A stretch of DNA of 63,286 nt, counting the filler, from Octopus bimaculoides (Eukaryota): assembly GCF_001194135.2 (NCBI RefSeq). It is 7 parts of 7 records of this genome, joined end to end, with 100 filler letters (N's around TTAATTAATTAA, not from the genome) between each part and the next. Parts side by side here need not be neighbours in the genome. Positions count along the whole stretch, not along the records: positions 1 to 14,546 come from NC_068987.1; 6 more parts are not named here. The stretch is one strand, 5' to 3'. A model generated the notes under the pieces. It worked only from the letters and a program-made list of their open reading frames with translations. It had not been told where the DNA came from and ran no database searches. Below are positions 1 through 12,097 of this stretch, in pieces; positions within the stretch are counted from its first letter, which is position 1, and each line of letters starts with the position of its first letter. The translations under genes were made by a program, and so were the position numbers.

Positions 1-66
1 ATATATATATATATATATATATATATACTATATTACTATATCTATATACGTGTGTGTGTGTGCGTT

Positions 67-278
67 ATTTAAAACAGCTACACGCGATTAAATGTTTCGC
101 AGCCTCCAACAGAATTCCGTCTCTTTCAGGTTTTAGATAATCAGATTGAGAAATACAGGAAGTCCAAGATGGACTTCTGTATTTCTCCATCCGGTAATCT
201 AAAGACTGAAAGAGACGGGATTCTGTTAGGGTCTGCGAAACTTTCAGTCGCATGGTGCCGGATCAAACTGTTTTAAAT
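67..278. mobile_element. Fold-back / MITE-like palindromic element
   Basis: 94-~166 pairs with ~170-241 (gtttcgcagc.. vs ..ctgcgaaac; aacagaattccgtctctttcag vs ctgaaagagacgggattctgtt). Outer 11-bp IR atttaaaacag (67-77) / ctgttttaaat (268-278). Confidence 0.7.
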
Positions 279-359
279 GATACAAGTAACACCTACTAAA
301 TGTATTGAGTGCCCTTTTCTTTCATTTGTCCACTCAGTCGTAATATACATATATACGAG

Positions 360-480
360 AGAAAGCAAATAAATGCAAAACAAGGTGGAAAAAATAGTAC
401 TCGAATACCAGAGGTAGAGTAAGATGCTTTATTAAAAAGCAGCAAAAATATCACAAAAGCTGTTACTCAGAGTTTCACGT
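360..480 (-). repeat. Penelope-like terminal repeat remnant with 3' half of a hammerhead motif
   Basis: Minus strand reads GAAAC-TCTGA-GTA-ACAGC (plus 464-476). The same GAAACTCTGAGT core occurs at 54593-54604. The 5' half is replaced by the CRE element at 481. Confidence 0.45.
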
Positions 481-2990
481 AGAAGGTGGCCAGCACTATG
501 ATGGCATGACAATCTGTGGCAAGCGGAAAGAATCCACGATGAATCCACAGCGGCATTTCTGAGGCTCAAAGTTCTGGAAGCCAAGCCTTAGGGAAACGCC
601 GATGCGCAGATAGTTACTATCAGTCTGAGTCTCAGTTTCGAGTAATGTACTGCATTGAGCCAGGTTCTGACGCTCGGAGGCTGAGCAGGAACATGTCAGA
701 CGATGCTAGTCAAGTCAGCGCACTAACTCATCCGAGATCATGCTACACTGGGAGGCATCTCATTTCTTTTGAGAGAACCGGACATCCACTGAGAGGAGAG
801 GAGAGGAGAATAGGTGTCAGCAAGGCGCAGCCCGAGCTGGCTCCATTTGGCGTAGGCCACCTCGCACTCCCCAGTCACCGTAGGTTCAGTTGTTTTGCAG
901 AGAACCCTGTTGATCATGACACGGCAAGATGTCACCGACGATAGAAAAACCGGCAGTGCCGGTGAGAGCGGAGATCGAAGGCCGAGGCCAGCACATTTGG
1001 TGAGTAAGTTGGCCTGTTGCCATCCACTGTCGTCGAAACGAACATAGCATATCGCTTCGGAGACCCGTTGGATTCCGGCGTCGAGATCTGTGAGGAGGGA
1101 TACGTGGTTGTAGTAAGGAACACTGCGAAGGGTATACAATAGTTTCGACATGGAGAAGCAGTTCCTTAACAGGAACAGCGCTGGGTGGGCGTCGATCACA
1201 TTCAGTCTGTTTGTCTAACTTTCAAGCGAGTGAAACTTAGACCTGAGGGTGGAGCGAATGGCAACGGAAGGATCGGCGAACCGGGGATAAGGACGTCCTC
1301 TTTCGAGGCCACCTGTATCTGGCAAAGAAGTGGGCGTACGTCTGAGACAGAGGCTGCGAAGCCATCTGCGTCGTAGTTGACGTTCATGATCTCTAATTTG
1401 AACGAGTTTACCCCGAGGCCGATTCTCGCTAGAGCGGGAACCACTGATCGGAGATCGTGGTAGACATTCTCTACCACCCCACCTATTATTGCATCTTTGA
1501 GGTACCAGACGTTGAGAGAATCTGTGATGTTCCGAGCAATGTTGCTCACCCTGAGAGCGAATAGAATGGATCGCTCTATTGAACACCAGTCGAAGATGAT
1601 ATGACCTTATCTGAGGTGAGGAGCGTACCCGGAGCTCCGTACGGAAGGTAAGCTCAGGAGGACAGTCGGATCAAGAGGATAGTCATTGAATAACTGTCTA
1701 GCAACATCCTTCGTGTTCGCTGGCTACGCTGACCTCCAGCTGTACTGGGTTGAATTCCTCACTTTGCTTGCGTGCGATAGAACTGCAGGTGAACTTTGGC
1801 AGCGAAACTCCGGAAGACATTGCCCACAACAATGAGGTGTATACCTCTGTCCTTCATCCTGAAAGCGATTAGGCGGGCTGAAAAGAAGAATCCTCGGGGG
1901 TAAGGTTCCAGGGTACCGTTAATGAATTTGTTAATGAGACCCATTATTGCGCTCAGAAGGTGGCGCCCGGTTTCAGCACTAAGTGGAGACAGCTAGTCTC
2001 GAGGTGGCTGAGTCGGAGACCATCGACGCCTCCGCAGCTACCGGCAGAGAAAGACCTCAGAATAGAGAGGATGTCTTTCACGGAGACCGCGTATGGTGCC
2101 TGATTGTAGGGTCTGAGGTGTGCAGGTTACTCAGGATGTTTGAGTTGGAGGATAGTCAGGACCTCTTCAGTAGGGTAGAAGACGATGTCATCATAGGCGA
2201 CTACTCTGACAGCTGCCGAGACATCGCCCTCGATAAGTTTGGCGTTTATCCGCTCGCATAAATACTTTGAACCAGTGTCAAGGGTGGAGGACTTTGGGCG
2301 CGCGAATGAGCGGAGCGCAATATATTTGAACACGCTAGGTATGGGCACCTGCCCGAAGGATGAAATGTTGGCTCTGATTAAGACCGTTGTCCAAAGGGAC
2401 CTCGATTGGCGACGGTGTTGGGGAGACCAAGAATGTGCAGAGCAAAATAAAACACGTTGACCATATTCTATAGCATTCTCGGTTGAGGATGCAAAGGTAT
2501 CAGCTACCAGCACCCGGGCCGTTTTCGGGATCTTAAGGGGAAACTTACGAAGCCTCCTGAGCCGGGTGATGTTGACCAGCGAGGGCTGAGCATCAGGCAA
2601 GCATACAATTTAACCTGAAGATGTGGTAGATGGCCACTGCCTCGCGGCTGAGAGGAGGTTGCAGCTGCTGCATCTCCACATTGTGAACACATTCGAGTCC
2701 CGTCGTGTCAGACTGATGCAAGAGAGATGATGGAAATAACCACATCTTGAACAGTTCCCGCCTCTTTCCTACCTATTGGTGGAGACACGTGTACTGCAGG
2801 TAGCTCCCAGTGGGGTTGGGGATGAGACGCACAGTCGGAGACTGGAGCACCGTTCGACAACGAGGACATCGGCTTTCCCTGGTAGTGACGAGAAATTGAC
2901 TGGCATCCCGAAAATTGATGGGAAACGGAGTTGCAATACCGATGAAGTGATGGCCGCCGGATTAAGGAAACCGAGATCCGAGCAGTGCAA
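481..2990 (-). mobile_element. Degenerate CRE-clade non-LTR retrotransposon (RT + C-terminal zinc knuckle), 3'-truncated
   Basis: Frameshifted motifs on the minus strand: IPKTARVLVA; INAKLIEGDVSAAVR..LQLKHP; GSCGGVDGLRLSHL; LIVVGNVFRSFAAK; GVQ*SDP (QGDP); LNVWYLKD (YLDD mutated); HPALFLLRNCFSMSKLLYTLR; WQQANL..AGLGLRS; LRIGVSLRLG..EPQKCRCG..H.LSC..SAG. No REL nuclease is seen beyond 481. Confidence 0.85.
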
Positions 2991-4331
2991 AAATCTAAGC
3001 AAAGAGGGGGGAAAAGGGAAGAAAAAGGGGGAAGGAAAGCAAAATGGAAAAAAGAAAAAAGGAGGAAAAAAAAGAAAAAGGGTAAAAAAAAAAAAAGGAA
3101 AAAGAAAATTCCAAGCTCGATTTACAAGTTAGTGAAATGTTAAACTCTCAACTGCAGAAAAATTCCCTTATTGCCTTAGATAATTGTAAATGTCACATCA
3201 AATTATTATTACTGTTTAACCCAAGCAGATTTATNNNNNNNNNNNNNNNNNNNNNNNNNNNNNNNNNNNNNNNNNNNNNNNNNNNNNNNNNNNNNNNNNN
3301 NNNNNNNNNNNNNNNNNNNNNNNNNNNNNNNNNNNNNNNNNNNNNNNNNNNNNNNNNNNNNNNNNNNNNNNNNNNNNNNNNNNNNNNNNNNNNNNNNNNN
3401 NNNNNNNNNNNNNNNNNNNNNNNNNNNNNNNNNNNNNNNNNNNNNNNNNNNNNNNNNNNNNNNNNNNNNNNNNNNNNNNNNNNNNNNNNNNNNNNNNNNN
3501 NNNNNNNNNNNNNNNNNNNNNNNNNNNNNNNNNNNNNNNNNNNNNNNNNNNNNNNNNNNNNNNNNNNNNNNNNNNNNNNNNNNNNNNNNNNNNNNNNNNN
3601 NNNNNNNNNNNNNNNNNNNNNNNNNNNNNNNNNNNNNNNNNNNNNNNNNNNNNATATGTACATCTATACGCATATATATGCATAAGTGAGTACAAGACGT
3701 CACGAAACGTGTACAACAAAAATACGAAGCACGAGTACAGGAACATGAACTATTCTTTCGAACTACAAAAGGCACAAATGGGAAACAAAACAAACATAAA
3801 GAACGACCCTTCATCAGTTGTTGGCTGTTTTTCTAGTCTCGTATTTCGAGCATTTAACAACAATATATGCTTTCGATAAAACAGTTGCTCCCGCAAAACA
3901 AATTAAATAAAATTTGGGATTTTGCGGAGGCTCAAAATTGGTAACACAAACAGGACAGTGAAAACAAACAGGAAGGGCTGCTAAGCCTAAATCAGGTTGT
4001 GGTAGCGAACGTGTAAATCAAGCTAGGACAGGAGACAAACAAGAACACGTCTTCCTTGTTCCAGCTACAACGAAGAGAAAGAAAGAAAGATGGCCGATGG
4101 TCACGTGGAAGCCACGTGAGCAAGGGAGAAGATTGAGGGAGAGAGGTTGACATAGTAATAGGATAGAATAGTTGGAGAAGAGGAGGTAAAACAATAAGAG
4201 CGAGAAAAAAAGAGAAAAACGAAAGAGTAAAAAGATCGTATAGAGTGCGCATGAGAATTATTAAGATAAAACTTACTTGGAAGAGGATGCGTGGCGTTCA
4301 ATCATATAATAATATAAATTATATATATATA

Positions 4332-4958
4332 TATATAGCAATAAGAAAATGGAAGAGATCAAGAGGTGGTATTCATCAACTTTTAGACATTATATTACGT
4401 CTATTTAAAAACACACTTATAACAATATAACAATATACATACATGTATAACATACTATGCCTTACATATATAATATATAAAAATACCAGTAATTATTAAA
4501 ATATAAAACGCAGAGCATAGAAAGTAGGATAGTATCTTACAGCTGTTTCAGTCAAGAGGCCTTAGTACCCTACTCTACTTCCATCCCTGCAGTAAACTGA
4601 AGTATTTGGTAGATAATACCAAAGTCAAGAGGCCTTAGTACCCCAATCTACTTCCAAATAGATAATACTAAATACTTCAGTTCACTGAAGGGATGGAAGT
4701 AGAGTAGGGTACTAAGGCCTCTTGGCTGAAACCTCTGTAAGATACTATCCTACTTTCTATGCTCTATGTTTTATATTTTAATAATTACTGGTATTTTTAT
4801 ATATTATATATGTAAAGCATAATATGTTATACATGTATGTATATTGTTATATTGTTATAAGTGTGTTTTTTTTTAAGATAAATAAATGGACATAATATAA
4901 TGTCTAAAAGTTGATGAATACCACCTCTTGATCCCCTCCATTTTCTTATTGCTGTATA
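4332..4958. mobile_element. Large fold-back element with ~280-bp inverted arms
   Basis: gcaataagaaaatgg..ctgaagtatttgg (left) is the reverse complement of ctaaatacttcag..ccattttcttattgc (right), with scattered mismatches. The ~60-bp spacer holds a direct copy of agtcaagaggccttagtaccc. Confidence 0.8.
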
Positions 4959-5204
4959 AATTAAGGGTAAAAAATTGTTTACCCTCACCCTTTTATTACA
5001 TTCAGTAGTGTAATTGCCATGCAATGAAAAAACACTTGTGTATTAATAATTGGGTTTTCTACCAGCAGTAGATTGGATAGATATTATCCCTTAGTTGGTT
5101 GGATTTACAACCTCTAACTCTCTTGGAATTATATATATATATTGTAGGCGACGTAGATGCCACATATACATCATTAGTTGTCTAAGTATTATAAAATAAG
5201 CATC

Positions 5205-5335
5205 TACCCAGGTTGACTTTGCCTTTCATCCTTTCGGGGTCGATAGATTAAGTACCAGTGAAACAATGGAGTCGATGCAATTGACTATACCCATCCCAAA
5301 ATTTCAGGCCTTGTGCCTATAATAGAAACCATTAT
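5205..5335 (+). mobile_element. SINE family A, 5'-truncated
   Basis: Core gactttgcctttcatcctttcggggtcgata..aagtaccag is shared with many copies in this window. Confidence 0.8.
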
Positions 5336-5583
5336 AAAACAGGCGTAATGAATAAACTAATTTCAGCCAGTCAATTATGTCTCTGAAACAAGTCATGATA
5401 GAGTAACTTATCATATGATGTCTGAAACCAGATTTCAAAAAGTTTATACATTTTGATGCCAAAAAAATTATAGCTTTAATTTAAGTATCATAGGGTCAAA
5501 TTTATCTTTTCGTAGTCAATAGATTCAGACATTTTGCTTGCAGACATTATAACATAAAATAATATAAAAAGAATTTATCGTAA

Positions 5584-5798
5584 AGCGGCGAGCTGGCAGA
5601 AACCTTAGCACGCCGGGCAAAAATATTTAGCGGTATTTCGTCTGTCTTTACGTTCTGAGTTCAAATTCCACCGAGGTCGAATTTTCCTTTCATCCTTTCG
5701 GGGGTCAATAAATTAAGTACCAGTTGCGTACTGGGCTCGATCTAATCGACTGGCCTCCTCCCCCAAAATTTCGAGCCTTGGGCCTAGAGTAGAAAAAG
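5584..5798 (+). mobile_element. SINE family A, full length (tRNA-derived)
   Basis: Head gcggcgagctggcaga, B-box-like gagttcaaattcc, core ctttcatcctttcggggtc, A-rich tail. Confidence 0.85.
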
Positions 5799-5972
5799 AA
5801 AAGAATGTAAATAGAATTTATCGTCTATATCGTGAATTACAACGAAGGAATCCAGTTCCCTAAACCACACATATATATATATATATATATTCAACCTGTA
5901 AGCATTGTACAGTGTATATATACATAGCTTTTGTGATTATTCTGTTGATGTGATTATTTTTGTTAAATACAG

Positions 5973-6138
5973 GTCTCGTGACGCCAATGATTGCAGAAAA
6001 AATCCTTGGAGAAGCCGGAGGCATCATGATTCTAACCATGGGGTCGATGGCTCTTATGTCCACAGGTTCCGGTGAAGTTATGGCAGTATCTTCTATTATC
6101 GTGTACGATATTTACCAAACTTACATTAAGCCATTCAG
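5973..6138 (+). CDS. DUR3: DUR3-like urea/solute:sodium symporter, internal exon (first visible)
   Basis: tacag|GTCTC acceptor and TCAG|gtatt donor. Translates GLVTPMIAEKILGEAGGIMILTMGSMALMSTGSGEVMAVSSIIVYDIYQTYIKPFR, matching the DUR3 TM motif (TGS.E..AVSSI..YDIY..YI.P). Phase is compatible with the next exon. Confidence 0.92.
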
Positions 6139-7971
6139 GTATTCTATTTAAGATTACTTTACTGCCCATCCTTTATATCATTATTTCTTTGATGTTTTCT
6201 AGAGCGGTTTGTTATTTAGTTATTTATGTAACTTCTTCATTGGTTAAGGCTCATAAATGAGATTTACACAACATACCACTCGATGTGTATACCTTTCGGC
6301 TTGTGTTGAGTTTGGAAATATGTGTATTTACATGCCGGCCAATTATTTGGTAGAAACAGTAGAGTGTTGGATATTTACTTTATAGTATTCAAATCTGCGG
6401 AAATCAACTTCAAGCTAGATCGCTCTGAACTCAATAAAATAATTGCCAGTGATATATTTGTAAACATTCAGTCATCTGAATTTTGCAAACCATCTTCTGC
6501 AAGTTTTTTCATTCATGCATTCTTTCTCATAAACTGAGTGTATGTTTCGAGTCGCTTCGGCTGCAAAGTTTCCTTTTTTGTACTCATAAAGCATTATGTG
6601 CCTCAAATGTTCTTTGGATACTTCCATGTTAGAAAGGGTTTTAATCAAAGAAATTTTAATGCTATTACTCTGTAAAATAATATTTAATTAATTTAAATGT
6701 ACACAAATGCATAAAAATAATTTTTAATTCCATTAGATATTCTAAAATACTATTAAATTTCATTCAATTTTTAAAAAAAAGGAAAATCGGACAAAACTTA
6801 TGGGATAATCTGATAGCAGTATAAAAGAAGCATCAATGCCATTGCCTCTTTTTTTTTCACATTTGTAAGCTGCACTCTTGTTAGTTCAAATTCAAGCCAG
6901 ACAGGCTGGGCCATTTTAGAGTTAAATGTCATTCGTTTGAACACAGATCAGTGATGGTAACGAAGGTTTCATTACACCGTGTAACAAAATTTTATTTTTA
7001 TTTTTTTATATTTTGTCTCTGGTCAATAAGTGTTATTTCCTACTTGCTTCTATTCTAGAAAACTAAAGAAATGACAACTATTCTCTTCAAATTTTGCTTG
7101 TGACCTGGACATCAATGTTTTGAAACTGACCTATTTTCCATTACATTTCAGACAGATTCAACTTTGAGTTGCTGAAGCAAAAATATCATAATAGCAAATA
7201 TTCTGCTCAGTACCACAGATTTGCTTGTCAGTCGCTTGACCATAACCACTTGAGCATGTCCCTTAGTGGCTGACAATATGCACATCTCTGATCCTGAGCA
7301 GGAGTAGTGGGGGAGCATCATAGCCATGTGCTGAGAGGAATTCTTTAGGGTTTCAATAATTCGTGTTGCACAATGTTATCCCTTTGTAGCTCGGCAGTAA
7401 GCACCTTTAGGTAACAGCAGATTTAGATTGTAGCATGTTTGGATATCAGTAGGTTTAGATATATACATCTAAATATGATACGTTGGGAAAATTTTACACT
7501 TCTCAGTTGACACGATCTGAGATCTGATAGATCGATGCTGGTAAAGAACATAAAAATCAAGAATATTCCCTGCGAAACGTTATTGGCACCCCGACATCCC
7601 CATTAAGGTAATACTCTAGAGTATCAAAACCCCTTTCTCATCATATTATCGTCATCGTTATTCTCGTTATTTTCATCAACATCATCGATAAGTTTTCGAT
7701 GAAACAAATTTGTTAAGCAGTTTTCATTACCTGCTGGAAAAGCTCATTTGCATTAATTTGAGAATTTCGTTGCGATACGAATAAATAAACATCACAATCA
7801 TTCACACCACATCTGCTAAAAATTTAGTTTCGTCTTGAAAACATGTTTAATCCTATGGAAACTGAAAGAAGAAAGGCATAAGTAATCTTGATTAACAAAA
7901 TTAACCAGATTGTGTTGAAGTATTATTGTAATGATCTAGTTTATTGATTAATATTAATTTCTTTCTTACAG

Positions 7972-8444
7972 GAGAAACCTTAAGAGGAACCAATGCGTTC
8001 TGTGTGGGAAGACCAAGGTGAAAATGGAAACAAACGGTGATCTGTGCGACCAAAACGGAAGTGGAAGTGGTGGCGGCGGAAGTAGTACAACAGCTCGGAA
8101 TGACAATCTGACTTGTAAATGCTTAACAGTTTCTGCCTGTCCACGTTGTAAAGATGATCTGGAAGCACGTAATGCTCGGGCTAAGAAAGAACCAATTCGT
8201 TTTCGGTACCAATGCCCCACTCATGGTTCTTATCGCGAATATCAAGATGATTTAATAGCCTTCAAAAACTGGTGTATTGTATGGGTGACCATAAGCATCA
8301 TACCTCTTGGTCTGATGGTGTTTATGTCTGGTATCAACCTTAACTGGATATTTTATGTTGGTGCTATTCTTACAATTCCTTACTTTCCTCCAGTACTTTT
8401 GTCAATCTTATGGGTGAAAGCCACTGGAAAAGGCCTCATAACTG
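7972..8444 (+). CDS. DUR3: DUR3-like symporter, penultimate exon (Cys-rich loop + TM helices)
   Basis: Polypyrimidine ttctttcttacag acceptor and ACTG|gtaagt donor. Open and in frame with both neighbours. Ends in ..GINLNWIFYVGAILTIPYFPPVLLSILWVKATGKGLITG, the DUR3 'L.W.Y...G.......P....LW.KA' segment. Confidence 0.92.
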
Positions 8445-8633
8445 GTAAGTATAATTGAAATTACAACAATAGCAATAATAATAATGAGGCAATGTACGTT
8501 TGAAGGAGATTTGCATGCTCAACATCAGTAGTTCATGTATAATAAAAGAGAGAAATAGATTTTTGTTCTAGAAAAACGAAACTAAATAATGTAGGGAATT
8601 TACAAATCACTAATTTTAGCATTACACATGTAT

Positions 8634-8636
<3 letters not shown>

Positions 8637-8666
<30 letters not shown>

Positions 8667-8740
8667 AAGAAGAAGAAGAAGAAGAAGAAGAAGAAGAAGA
8701 AGAAGAAGAAGAAGAAGAAGAAGAAGAAGAAGAAGAAGAA
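8637..8740. repeat. (AGA)n microsatellite
   Basis: About 34 perfect units abutting the Dong/R4 fragment. Confidence 0.95.
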
Positions 8741-9845
8741 GGCTTTTCACTGAGTTGGTATTCAATGCTTGATCCTGGGCAGCGATGATTAGGCTTTCAG
8801 TCTTCTTCATGATGCATCCTGGTCTTTTAAGTTAGTTTCACGGTGGAACTGACCATGTAATTCCATTCTCTCTCGTTGGCTATTCGCGATTGGAATTCAT
8901 TAGCACTCTCAAGTCCATTGCTGGTGTGTCCTTCTGTATTAGCAGCATTCTGTAGCAAGTCTTGTTTACTGTTTACCAAATACTCTGTCCTGTTTCTTCT
9001 TTCACTTCCGTATGTTAATCAGGCCACGTCCACTTTTACACTTCTTCATGTAGAGCCTGTGTATATTCGCCTTAGGGTGGAGGGCACTATGCATTGTGAT
9101 TGTCTTTCGGGTAGTGCGGTCGAGTTGGTTAATCCCCGCTTGTGTCCATTTCAGAATGGGTACACTATAGCGAACTACAGATACAGCCCATGTGTTGATG
9201 GCATTCACAAGGTTCTTTGCGTTGAGTTTTGAATTTAAGAGAAGTTTGAGGTGCTTCAAATATGTAGTGGTGACCTTGTCTTTCATTTCTTTCTGCAAGC
9301 TCCAGGATTCCAATGTATTTGTGCCCATCATCATCCGTGTCTTCCATTCGCTCTCCGTTTGGCAATTCTATACCCCTACAATCTGCTCTTTTCCCCCGTT
9401 TCAAAGTGAGGACCGCGCTCTTTGAATACCGAATTTCATCTCTCTATCCTTGCCGCACATCTGCACAGTCTCAACCGGCCTCTCCATTTCAGGCTCTATT
9501 TCTGCGAACAGTTTTAAATAATCCATGAAGAGAACGTGGTTAAGACAAGGTCTATTCTTTCTCGTTGACTTTGAGTAAGACTACAGAAAGTGGGATCAAG
9601 GCTATAACAAATAACAAAAGTGAACAAAAATTTCCCTGGAAGATACCTTTTTTTATTGTTACCTCAGCTAAGTGCTGGTTGTTACAGAAAAGACATGTTT
9701 TCCGACTAGGCATGTTCTTTTTAATCAGTGCACACACGTTCTCGGCTATGTTCGAGTGTTTCCATAATCCACGAATGCGGCAACATCTCGTAAACCTTTT
9801 TATAATCTATCCAGCCATTTATAAAATGTTTATTAGTTAATCTAA
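8741..9845 (-). mobile_element. Degenerate Dong/R4-clade LINE RT fragment in DUR3 intron
   Basis: WIDYKKVYEMLPHSWI; IKKGIFQGNFCSLLLFVIALIPLS; LNSKLNAKNLVNAINTWAVSVVRYS..LDRTTRK..HPKANIHRLY..GRGL; KKTESLIIAAQDQALNTN. Multiple frameshifts and stops. Confidence 0.85.
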
Positions 9846-9966
9846 ATATTGTTTTGACTATGTTATTCTTAATTTGCATAGCAAAAGGGATGATTAACCA
9901 GACAGTGTCATTTTCCGTTGTTGAGTTTTTTGTTATGTGTATTGTTTCTGCTTTTATTTTTATTTC

Positions 9967-10200
<234 letters not shown>

Positions 10201-10559
10201 TTATGGGTCGTTTTTCATATTTCTAATACTTCTATTGTTATTTTTGTACTTATCCTTGGTACCGTTGCAGTTGTCAAAATTATTGGGGCTGGTAGTGGTT
10301 GCCTGATCTGGGCTTCTATAGTTATTGTGCTTCCGCTTACTCCAGTTTCCGCATTTACTGTTAGGATCTATAGATAAGCTATTTTCTTATTATCCTTATT
10401 ATTGGCGCTATTATTTCTGTTATTAATATTATTATTATTATTATTATTATTTGCTTTAAATGCATTATTATAGTTATTAAATGCATTATTGTAGTTCATG
10501 GTATTAGTCCTATCCCTACTACCGTCTATAGTATTTCTGGGGGAGTATTTAATTTTTTC

Positions 10560-10700
10560 TATATATCCTGTATTTTTTAGTGCTATGTTATACCTATTCT
10601 TGTGTTTATTAAAGATCTCTTGATTAGAGGAGAGGTTTGAAATCCTTTTATTTATATTCTAAAGTAGGGCTCCTTTTATTTGCTTGGGATGGTTACTAGA
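10560..10700 (-). mobile_element. Penelope-like RT thumb fragment
   Basis: Minus strand translates SNHPKQIKGALL*NINKRISNLSSNQEIFNKHKNRYNIALKNTGY, matching the PLE 'SNHP..I...I..RIS.LSS..EIF......Y..AL...GY' motif. Confidence 0.65.
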
Positions 10701-11459
10701 ATTATTTATATATCTTACAATAATTTATTTTTTTACGTTCTTTAAGATCATATCCCTTAGTCATATTGCTTTAGTTAACGCACTCACATACTCATTCATT
10801 TTTTACTTGTTTTTACTTGTCTTAATTTAATTTAATTTAATCTAGTTTGAATGTTATTTTGCTCTTCTACTTGCCCATAGTGGCCACGGTTTTATATTCA
10901 TTAATTTATTTATTTACTTATTTATTTATCTGATTTGTTTTTGTGTTATTTGTTAACCATCAACGAACCGGAACTGCGTCATCCAAACGCAAGTTCATGA
11001 GAAATTAAGCATAAACAATGATATAATTTCTATATAGATATTTTAAGATTTTTACTAGTTTTTCAGTGAAATTTTAAGAAAATATTCTGGTTGTGAAAAA
11101 CCAGTTTCTATGCTTTTTGTATGTTATGCTTTGTTTCTCGAAATTCTGCGGGTCCAGTATCTTAATATCTTAACGTGAAGGGATGTCACTTGTGGGTTCT
11201 GTGTATAAAAAAACTAGTTCAGGTCCAAATATTTTGACAACAGAAGAAAACTTTTCTTGTTAACCAGTGTTAACAGGTCACTTATTTTCTCCTCTATGTA
11301 TGTAAGTGATCCAAACTAGTTAGGAAAGGAATATAGGTGACAAAAAAAAAGAAAACAACAAAAGACAAGTATTCAAATACCATTGCTTACGTTTAGTTAC
11401 ATCATATGCAATACTAATTCGTTGCTTTAACTCAAATTTTCTCTTTTGTCTATTTGCAG

Positions 11460-12097
11460 GAAGTATGATGGGATTATTATGTGGAACCATTGTCACATTA
11501 GGAGTAGCTTCTACTTACCCTGGAGGTCTTGGAAATTTCTTGATCAACACAGTTCAAGACAATGTCTTGTTGGCTGGCACAATAACAAGTTTTGCAGTCA
11601 GTTTGATCTTTTGCGTTGTAACATCGCTACTGACACATCAGATAGTTTCAAAAGAAGCCAAAGAAGCGGAATGGCAAAAATTGTTTAACATTGATAATCC
11701 TTTAAATCCTTGGGAACAAAACTACCGAGAAGAACTTGCTGGTATGGAATATAACGAAAGACCGACATCTCAGCAAATGAACCAGGCTTTCCGATCCGCC
11801 AAATTAATAGCTTATATAGGTGGAACTTCCTGTATTTTTATTTTCGCAGTAGTTATCCCAGGTATTATGGCGAGTTTTTCAGTGATGAATGAAACACAGT
11901 TTAAAATCTGGGTAAGTTTCACGCAAATGTGGGTTCTCGTAATGGCTGTCATAGTTATTTTTCTACCACCCTTTGAAGAGGTGTCAAGAATTATGCGACA
12001 GTACAAACTAAACAAGAGTATTTCAATGAAAGAAAATTTTATAGAAATGAAAGACAATTACTATCCGTTGGATGATCAGGGAGCTGCCAAAGTATAA
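11460..12097 (+). CDS. DUR3: DUR3-like symporter, terminal exon
   Basis: ctcttttgtctatttgcag acceptor. G+GA completes a Gly codon. Hydrophobic helices follow, with the DUR3-type tail (IDNP; AFRSAKLIAYIGG..VVIPGIM..F..WV....WV......LPPFEE). TAA at 12095-12097. Confidence 0.92.

Noticed and set aside
3770-3820. CTGATGA matches at ~3812 (minus), 13622, 21833 (minus) and 25924 (minus)
   Set aside because: No correctly spaced stem II, GAAA and NUH site, so not hammerheads.
1-5972. Additional upstream DUR3 exons
   Set aside because: No plus-strand segment with symporter-like helices and splice sites was found; they are presumably upstream of the window or in the 3235-3653 gap.
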